Assembly (NCBI GenBank): GCA_964416155.1
Contig: CAYQCW010000003.1
Location: 32,001-96,000, forward strand
Direction of reading: 5' to 3'
DNA length: 64,000 bases
From: an uncultured Nitrososphaerota archaeon
GTDB taxonomy: Archaea > Thermoproteota > EX4484-205 > JAAOZP01
The translations under genes were made by a program, and so were the position numbers. Shown in pieces: positions 57,252-64,000 of this stretch. The first letter of the stretch is position 1; each line of letters begins with the position of its first letter. The notes under the pieces are model-generated. The model made no database searches. It saw only the letters and a list, made by a program, of their open reading frames with translations, and had not been told where the DNA came from.

Positions 57252-58650
57252 GAACCGCTAGAAGCACTTTCCTAGTCTCCCCGGTTCCAAACACGTTTTC
57301 TCTACGTATATTCAACACGACTGGAATATTACCAGTAACGTTTCCAAACGCTAGACACTTGCCGATGGGCAGAGTGGGTACAAGGCTGATTAGCGATTCG
57401 GCATCTATTTTAGACATTTTCGAAATATAGTTTAAATCGTTCTCGTTCACCAAGTTGAATATGAAACAGTTGTCAGCCTGCCTGTAAACGAAGTTCATGA
57501 GGCTATCCGGCTCATTAGTTATGAAAACAACAGATAACCCGATGTGCCTCATCCGCGTTATATAGTCCTCCCATGCTTTTTCATCCAAATATGACTGCGC
57601 CTCCTCTGCGAACAGGAAGAGCGGCTTTATCTCACCGTTATCCAGCATCCTAACCGTCTTATTGAGCACCGTTTCAACTATCAATTGCCTAAAGGATTTC
57701 GGCAGACCCTTCAGGTTTATTACAAGAGCCTTGTTCGACGCCTCTTTAAAAACCCTATCCAGGTCCGTCGCGTCGGAATCTCTGAATAATCCGCTTTCCC
57801 TCAACACCGTTATCCTCCTGAGAAGCGCTTCCTTAACAAGATCATTAATTCTTCCGCAAACTATTTCGTTCAAAAGATTCTTAAGGCTCAGCATATTCCT
57901 GTTCTCAAGACTGTCTAGTATTCGTCTCAGCTCCCAGACTGAGGAGGAAGGTAGCCCCATAATGGTTTCCATGAGATTTATGAAAAGCTCTTTCCCGAGC
58001 CCGGGTATGCTGAGAAACATGTTTTCACCAGATTTTAAGACTAGAAACCTGTCTCTCATTGCAACCGGCTCATACTCTCCGTTTATGTCGAAGACTACAC
58101 AGCGCCCTCCGTGCTCCAGAATTCTCGCTATCAATGTTTTAGAAAGATTAGACTTGCCCGAGCCCTTCTTACCGATTATCAGGGTTAAACCTCCGTCTAA
58201 AGCGTTCAGATCCATCTCCACGTCGTCGCTGATCTTAACCGGTATCGCGTACTTGCTTGTAATCAGCTCGTTCAACTCCTCTGCGCTTGGCTCATAGATT
58301 CTTGATTTCAGCCTTGAGGGAGCCCATTGAAAATCTATAGCTACATCATCCAGCGAGAAGGCTGCACGAACCTTGCATATTAATATTCTGGAATCCATCA
58401 GCTCGTCAAGTATCTTCTTAAGATTTTCATCCTCTTCGAAAACCTGATAGGATTCCTCCCTCTTGCTTATCCGTATTATCTCCTCTATCTCACCGGGAAT
58501 ACTAAGATAGTTGACATCCATTATCTGGAGGAGAAGCTTCCTCCGAGTAACGTTGTCCAAGAGTATTAAGTAGCTTCCAACAATCCTATCCCTACCAGGA
58601 GTTTCCAGAAGCTCGTAAGTCACCCTGTTCTTTCGCAGAATCGTTATCAA
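57241..58650 (-). CDS. HerA/FtsK-like (DUF87) ATPase, divergent
   Basis: Walker A GKKGSGKS, FDINGEY, Walker B FLFAEEAQ, RMRHIG, ITNEP; N-terminal beta-rich domain. Confidence 0.85.
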   Translation of the reverse strand: MITILRKNRVTYELLETPGRDRIVGSYLILLDNVTRRKLLLQIMDVNYLSIPGEIEEIIRISKREESYQVFEEDENLKKILDELMDSRILICKVRAAFSLDDVAIDFQWAPSRLKSRIYEPSAEELNELITSKYAIPVKISDDVEMDLNALDGGLTLIIGKKGSGKSNLSKTLIARILEHGGRCVVFDINGEYEPVAMRDRFLVLKSGENMFLSIPGLGKELFINLMETIMGLPSSSVWELRRILDSLENRNMLSLKNLLNEIVCGRINDLVKEALLRRITVLRESGLFRDSDATDLDRVFKEASNKALVINLKGLPKSFRQLIVETVLNKTVRMLDNGEIKPLFLFAEEAQSYLDEKAWEDYITRMRHIGLSVVFITNEPDSLMNFVYRQADNCFIFNLVNENDLNYISKMSKIDAESLISLVPTLPIGKCLAFGNVTGNIPVVLNIRRENVFGTGETRKVLLAVPRS

Positions 58651-59507
58651 CTCCAGAATCCTCCTAGAAGTATCTTCCTATTGTCTATCTCCCTTAAAAC
58701 CTCTATTCCAAACTTCTTCTGCAATATGCATTTCAGTGTCAACACTTCTACAGGAAGAATCTTAGAATATATGTGGGCGATTCTCAATGCTTCAGGATAA
58801 CCGTAGTCAACACCGTCAATAAGGATGAGAGAAGCCAGTAAGCTTCTGACCTCCTTCAGCTCTACCTCCGGGTACACTTCAACCTTCAACAAGGGGCTTC
58901 CAAGTTTAAGCCTAACCAAGTATTCCCTTGGACTACTCCCGTTAAGAATCTCACATACGAATGAAGAACTATCAACATCCTCAGGTAAACGTATAAACGG
59001 GTCGACGAAGCCCTTGGAAATCGATATTAAAGTATTGCAAGTGGATGCGAGGAGCCCCGCGAGTCCGAGCGACTTGCTAGCGCTCACCATTTCTTTCAAA
59101 TCCCCATCGAGCAGCATTAACGACCCCCTGACCGAACTAATGCGCTTCAGCTGCTCCTCCAGTTCAAAAGAAACCTGACTGTCGGATATTCCGCCGAAAA
59201 CTATCATCGGCCTCGTTCTATTTATCTTAACCATTCCCCGCTCTTTTAAAACGGTTGAACCCCGGATGGCATAAACCTCACCCAGCCTGCTTACACCTAT
59301 CTTAACAGTTGAAACGTCTACTGCAATAATGCTTCTAAATTGAGAGGATTCCTCGGGTTCTATGCTTAGAGTTCCGCCTAGTTTAAACCTGTTAGCTCGA
59401 CATATCTTAAGCCTTATCTCCGTTTCCTCTAAAACATGCGTGTCTTGACGCTGCTTTAGATCAGACAGCGGGATTAGGCTTGTCGACGGTTTTTTCATCT
59501 TCAACAC
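58647..59507 (-). CDS. NurA-like nuclease
   Basis: IIAVDVS, LLDGDL, GYPEALRIAH; coupled to the HerA-like gene. Confidence 0.8.
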   Translation of the reverse strand: MLKMKKPSTSLIPLSDLKQRQDTHVLEETEIRLKICRANRFKLGGTLSIEPEESSQFRSIIAVDVSTVKIGVSRLGEVYAIRGSTVLKERGMVKINRTRPMIVFGGISDSQVSFELEEQLKRISSVRGSLMLLDGDLKEMVSASKSLGLAGLLASTCNTLISISKGFVDPFIRLPEDVDSSSFVCEILNGSSPREYLVRLKLGSPLLKVEVYPEVELKEVRSLLASLILIDGVDYGYPEALRIAHIYSKILPVEVLTLKCILQKKFGIEVLREIDNRKILLGGFWS

Positions 59508-59976
59508 CTCCTGAAAGTAGCATAATGCTTTTAACCGATATTTCGAACATCCCCCTAGCCTGCCTCAATACAAGCCCCTTCTTAACAAGGTCGACCAGAG
59601 TGTTTTGAATAGTCTTCTTGGAAATGTTTGCAACCATCCTAACCATCTCTTCAACACTTATACTGCTCTTTTCACGCAATCCGAATCTTGAAGCAATGTA
59701 GCAGCCTGCAAGCAGGTAGAGGATTTTGCTCTCAGTAGTCTTCGCCTCTTCCTCAAGCAGGATTATCTCGCCGCTGCTTATCCTGACATGTGGAGATATT
59801 GCTGAAAGAAGAGCCTCAAGATCAGGTGTGTAAACTATCTTGTCGACGATGGTTAACCGGGGATAAACGTTTGAAAGAAACCTGAGCATTTCTCTTATTA
59901 CCGTGTTCTCGTCGCCTGTAAACTCCACCTTAATATTCTTGTCAGGTATTTCCAGTCTTATTGAAGCCCTATTCAT
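59461..59976 (-). CDS. Hypothetical protein with C-terminal winged helix
   Basis: ISVEEM..SKKTIQNTLVDLVKKGLV..RGMFEIS. Confidence 0.75.
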   Translation of the reverse strand: MNRASIRLEIPDKNIKVEFTGDENTVIREMLRFLSNVYPRLTIVDKIVYTPDLEALLSAISPHVRISSGEIILLEEEAKTTESKILYLLAGCYIASRFGLREKSSISVEEMVRMVANISKKTIQNTLVDLVKKGLVLRQARGMFEISVKSIMLLSGGVEDEKTVDKPNPAV

Positions 59977-60446
59977 CTTAAAGACACCTCCTCAAGCCTC
60001 GTCGTTATCTCGTCGGCGATTATCTTACCCTTCTCGGTTAGAACATAATTGCCAAGCTCATTCCTAGTTACGATCCCCTCCCTAAGCATCTCGGAGAGCC
60101 TAGATGGGTAGCCTACTGACACGATGCCGCTCTTACTCAGCTGCTCCCCTATCTCGCTCGATTTAAGACCGTTCTCAGCAAACTTCAGGATTAGAATTAT
60201 TGCTTCTCTGCTAGTTAAGAACTCTTCCCTGACGGAGAGTATTGGCTTACCATCCTCATCATACTTAACGAAGCCCGGTATAAGGCTCAGCGTAGATTTC
60301 AACTCGGCCAGCCTATCCTCAGTCTTTTCAAGCTCCAAGTAGATCTCTGGAATATACTTAATCATCTCCTTAACATCGTTAACATTGTCTCCAGTTATCT
60401 CAACCTCGCTTGAACCCTTCCTATAGACCACCCTAATCCCCTTCAA
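59973..60446 (-). CDS. Hypothetical protein with C-terminal winged helix, similar in architecture to its neighbor
   Basis: LKSSEI..SRLSEMLREGIV..GNYVLTEKG; ATGA overlap with the next gene. Confidence 0.75.
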   Translation of the reverse strand: MKGIRVVYRKGSSEVEITGDNVNDVKEMIKYIPEIYLELEKTEDRLAELKSTLSLIPGFVKYDEDGKPILSVREEFLTSREAIILILKFAENGLKSSEIGEQLSKSGIVSVGYPSRLSEMLREGIVTRNELGNYVLTEKGKIIADEITTRLEEVSLR

Positions 60447-60454
60447 CGTTTACT

Positions 60455-60490
60455 ACTACGTTGACGTAAACGTAGTTTTTAAACTTTTCT
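60455..60490 (-). promoter_or_regulatory. BRE/TATA promoter with a 22-bp palindromic operator candidate
   Basis: Minus strand reads AGAAAAG-TTTAAAAA, then the palindrome ACTACGTT-TACGTC-AACGTAGT (60455-60476), then TTG start at 60446. Confidence 0.65.
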
Positions 60491-60834
60491 GAAGCCGAAT
60501 CAAACCATTAAAAATAGCCAAAACAGGCAGAAATGTCAGTGGACCATATCTAGTATACGTAGAGAAGCGAAGGGCTACAAGCGAATACCGGCTCGATTAG
60601 AATTGAATTGGCATTGCAACAGATCCAAAAGCTCCCAATGTTTTCCCACTCTTGTTCAGAGGCACGTCGCGTTTAAAAGTTGGAAGGCAAGGTGTGCGAC
60701 CAGCCTTTTAAACACCAGAGGCAAGAACGAAGCCATGCTTCACTTAGCCCGGCAAAAGCTTTATATACTTGCAACTAAAAACTGCTAATCGGAACAGAAC
60801 AATAGGCAAAAAAGAAATAAATATAAAAAAATAT

Positions 60835-60910
60835 AGCGGGGTGGGCTAGCCAGGTCTATGCCGCAGGGCTCATAACCCTGAGATCGGTCGTTCAAATCGA
60901 CCCCCCGCTA
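60835..60910 (+). tRNA. Initiator tRNA-Met(CAT), no intron
   Basis: A1-U72 acceptor AGCGGGG/CCCCGCT; three G-C pairs in CAGGG-CTCATAA-CCCTG; T arm GGTCG-TTCAAAT-CGACC. Confidence 0.95.
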
Positions 60911-60987
60911 CTCAAACATTCTGAGCTTAGTTTTCACCTTCAAGGATCCCCGTTCGAGCCACACTATAACTTCATGCTTTTCCACAC

Positions 60988-61465
60988 TTAAGCGCGCGCT
61001 ATGAGCATCTTCCTCAATTCCTCTAAACCCTCCTTGCGGGATGAATGCATACATATGTCGTGTTTACCAGGTGTGAGAGCGACGCTTCCATCACCAGAGA
61101 AGAAGCCCCTCAAATATGCCCTTTTTCCATCTTCATCAAGGTATTTTGTAGGCGGGTGGAATTCGTAATTTCCAGGCCTTTAATATTGAAGCTCTAAAGG
61201 TCATAAGCAATTTTCTTGCTGTACACCACCTCTTCGTAATGTTGTACCTCTTCTCCTCCAGCCTTATGATGACCTATGTAGAGGTGGAGAGTTACCCCAT
61301 AGGTTTCCTCGAATAATCTATCAAAAACCTCAGCGAGCTCCGGATCATTTTTCAAGATATACTTTGTATATGATGCTTTTCCCCCTCCTTTTCATGGTAG
61401 TTGGAGATGCTTCCGTCTGCAGATATTAGTCCACAGAGTTCAGCTCTTCCAGGGTCAGCCAGCAA
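60988..61465 (-). pseudogene. Degenerate two-motif LAGLIDADG homing endonuclease
   Basis: ELCGLISADGSI (61406-61441) and YLRGFFSGDGSV (61081-61116) separated by frameshifts and stops; intervening NDPELAEVFDRLFEETYGV. Confidence 0.75.
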
Positions 61466-61789
61466 TATCTATCTCCGGTATAAACCCGTGAAAACCAGTC
61501 TTAGCCATAGGTCTCCTGCTCAAAGATGGAATCTGAAGTGGAACTCGTTCTTCAGTTTTAACCGGACAGTAATGCCTGAGCCTGCAGAAAGAGCGAGGAG
61601 AGGTTATCCCAGTATAATGGAACCCCTCTGACATTGTGCTACGAGACACATTTTGAAGGAGTAGCCGCGACAGAGCCTTGAAGTAAAGTAAAAGCAACCC
61701 TTGCAACCGTCAAAACCCACACCAGCCTTTCCTGGGCAACGCTATTCTTTGAATGCTTTGACGTCCCTATAAGCACCTGGAGTAGAGCA

Positions 61790-63088
61790 TCATTTCCGTT
61801 TCCGGCTTCCGATTATTAGGAGGTCGCTGTTAAACTCGGTCATTCTTATTGTGAAGCAGTTTTCCTCTCTTTCCACTTCCGGCTTGAAGATTCTTCTTGT
61901 TTCAAGATCTATTTCTTCCCATTTACTATATGCCCCATCAGTCTTTAGCTTTATATCCGTGTTAAAGGGTGTGTAAACCAGAATCTTGTCTTCCCCCTCA
62001 GAGACTCTTATTTCTGAAGTCTTGTTTGCAAGCCTCTCGTTAGCAGGCTTTATGTCGAAGAGATCGTATTTTTCAAATACCCATTTGGCGAAAGATACGT
62101 CGAACGCTCCTGGGAATCTTAGAGCAGTAAGCCAATAGTAGGGAGCACCGTAGATTGAAGCATAGTTTTTCGGATACTTTTTGTTTTCGCCTTCTTTTTG
62201 CCACGACCATATGCCATGTGCCCCGTATGTTACCCCTGCCTTAGCTCCTGAAAGAAGACTCTGCCACACAGCCTTTCTAACGTCGAAACCGCTGAACCTC
62301 CCATACTTGTTGAAGGATCCGATTGAACCAATTCCTTCGTAGCAGGGTTCACCGTTCACTATGGGTCTCTTAACCGGCATATTGTAAAACCTTTGAGCAA
62401 GCTCGTATGGAAGATGCTGATTTTCTCTCGTATGTCCTGATTGATACATGTAGAAGTCGTAGCTAGGCGATTTCATGAAGGCCTCAGGAACCTCCCATAA
62501 TCCGCCCATCAAATGCATTGTTGTTAAAGAACCCGGAGACACTTTCTTAACTATCTGAAATGCAGCATCGTAATAATCTATGGACTCGTCGGTTTCAAAA
62601 TTTGTGTCCCCACTTATTATGAAAATAGGATCATGCTTCCCATATCTTTCAGCTACATAACCCACGTACTCCTCCAATCTATCCCTCGGAATGATCTTAG
62701 ATGGAGTCATTTTTGAACCCCATGTCCCCTTGACATAGTTGCACCACAACACTACTAGGGCCGGTGTGAAGCCCAAGTCAATCGCCATCTCAATCATCTT
62801 TTCCGCCCTGTCGAAGTATTTCTCGTTCCTCCGGCTAAAGTCCCATCTCTCATCGGGAAGCGTTTCAAAGGGGTCGATATAGTTTTCCGACGGGCTTCTA
62901 TCATGCTGGGGGAGGATGTTTATTTGCAGGACGTTAAACCCCTGCATCCTCCTATATTTAAGATAATACTCCCATTCTTCGAAAGTGGGGTTAGTGAAAG
63001 CGCTCCAACAGGTATCTGCAAGATAGAAGAATTTCTCGCCATCTTTTAAGAAATGGTCTCGAGTTTCAGAAATAGTTATTTTACCCAT
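61790..63088 (-). CDS. DUF4038 / GH140 apiosidase-like glycoside hydrolase
   Basis: FFYLADTCW, YLKYRRMQGFN, YQSGH, PIVNGEPCYEG, GVTYGAHGIWSW. Confidence 0.85.
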   Translation of the reverse strand: MGKITISETRDHFLKDGEKFFYLADTCWSAFTNPTFEEWEYYLKYRRMQGFNVLQINILPQHDRSPSENYIDPFETLPDERWDFSRRNEKYFDRAEKMIEMAIDLGFTPALVVLWCNYVKGTWGSKMTPSKIIPRDRLEEYVGYVAERYGKHDPIFIISGDTNFETDESIDYYDAAFQIVKKVSPGSLTTMHLMGGLWEVPEAFMKSPSYDFYMYQSGHTRENQHLPYELAQRFYNMPVKRPIVNGEPCYEGIGSIGSFNKYGRFSGFDVRKAVWQSLLSGAKAGVTYGAHGIWSWQKEGENKKYPKNYASIYGAPYYWLTALRFPGAFDVSFAKWVFEKYDLFDIKPANERLANKTSEIRVSEGEDKILVYTPFNTDIKLKTDGAYSKWEEIDLETRRIFKPEVEREENCFTIRMTEFNSDLLIIGSRKRK

Positions 63089-63342
63089 CTTTTAGCACCT
63101 TAATACTATTGCTCAATAAATTTTAAAGTTTTTAGCGAGCAAAACGTTTCCGGGTTAATGGGTTTAGACATGGTTTAAAAACAGTATAAATGTAGGGTTA
63201 AGATCATTGAGCTAACAGCCGTATAAAGCTTCAATTACTCTCCTTTCGATTTATCGCACGAGATACTAGGCAACCGCCCTTAAACAGCTTTCTTTACACA
63301 TGTTAATGTCCTGATCTCGGATTGTTTTTCCTTATTACAGCT

Positions 63343-64000
63343 TTATCCCATTTCCCGTACTTCACCCATAAGATTAGAATTGTTCCACCTACAACATTGC
63401 TCAAGGCTTTGCCCTATCATTATTGCTGTGGCCCCGCTTAGCCCGAAAAGCGCAGCGTCAACAATGTTCATTACTACGAAGCCTGTTGAAAAGGCGGTTG
63501 CAACAACTATGCTCAGCATGTTAATAAGCCTCTGCTGCAAGGTGAAGGCTAATCCGTTCAGCAGACCGAACGATAAAATGGGAAACTTATCTGTAGAACT
63601 AGCTTGACCCATTCGACATCTATTTCCCGTGTGAATTTCACTTTCAGCTCCGGATAGTTTCTTACAAGAATATAGGTTTGGCCGATGACTGACAGGATTT
63701 TCCCCACGACGTCTGTGAGAGAAGCACCAATGGCTTCCAAGCGTGGAAAGGGGCCTATGCCTAAAACAAGGAAGGGGTCATCACAATGTTTATTGCGACA
63801 GCCATTATGTTAATCATAGCCAGCCGCCTAGTATCCCCCACGCTTTGAAGCAAAGTGGCGAAAGAAAGTGGCGAAAGTAAAGGCTGTGGAGTTGAAGAAC
63901 ACGTCGAAGGCAGTTATGGCTGAAAAAGCCATGACCTCCTCGAAGATTTCAGGTGGAGTAAATATTAGCCATATGAAAATCTGGCTTCTAAGAGTTAGGA
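63343..64000 (-). pseudogene. MATE efflux transporter pseudogene (extends beyond the window)
   Basis: Fragments QSVGDTRR..INIV, DPFLVLGIGPFPRL..IGA and ATAIMIGQSL, separated by frameshifts. Confidence 0.75.
63852..63877. repeat. 13-bp tandem duplication AAAGTGGCGAAAG x2
   Basis: Seen directly; shifts the MATE reading frame. Confidence 0.85.

Noticed and set aside
60500-60830. Inverted TTTAAAAG/CTTTTAAA elements as a replication origin or MITE
   Set aside because: Short AT-rich matches compatible with divergent TATA boxes; no ORB repeats, cdc6 or target-site duplication
1-64000. CRISPR array, rRNA, transposase or integrase
   Set aside because: No regularly spaced repeats, rRNA-like sequence or recombinase motifs were seen

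Overview
Core-genome window from a TACK-type archaeon. The fused RpoA'/A'', unsplit RpoB, PolB1 together with PolD DP1, Alba and a multi-OB RPA point to a Thaumarchaeota/Aigarchaeota/Bathyarchaeia/Brockarchaeota-like lineage; this assignment is inference. The window holds the end of the spc ribosomal cluster (rpl32e to cbf5), the rpoH-rpoB-rpoA-rpl30e-nusA-rps12-rps7 operon, the proteasome/exosome superoperon, an ECF transporter, the aIF2b-aIF1A-rio1-dim2-top6B cluster and three tRNAs. Main observations: (1) cbf5 is interrupted inside its catalytic Asp codon by a 13-nt bulge-helix-bulge (BHB) mRNA intron at 5979-5991. (2) tRNA-Tyr has two introns (22/23 and 37/38), tRNA-Ala has a 44/45 intron, and an EndA with the crenarchaeal-type specificity loop lies nearby. 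(3) A four-gene operon of two related winged-helix proteins, a NurA-like nuclease and a divergent HerA-like ATPase has no mre11/rad50 and carries a 22-bp palindrome between its TATA box and start codon; this is the best candidate for an undescribed system. (4) Abrupt A/C-rich to G/T-rich strand-composition switches occur inside genes. (5) A decayed two-motif LAGLIDADG endonuclease gene lies next to initiator tRNA-Met. All family assignments come from motif recognition by eye, not database searches.
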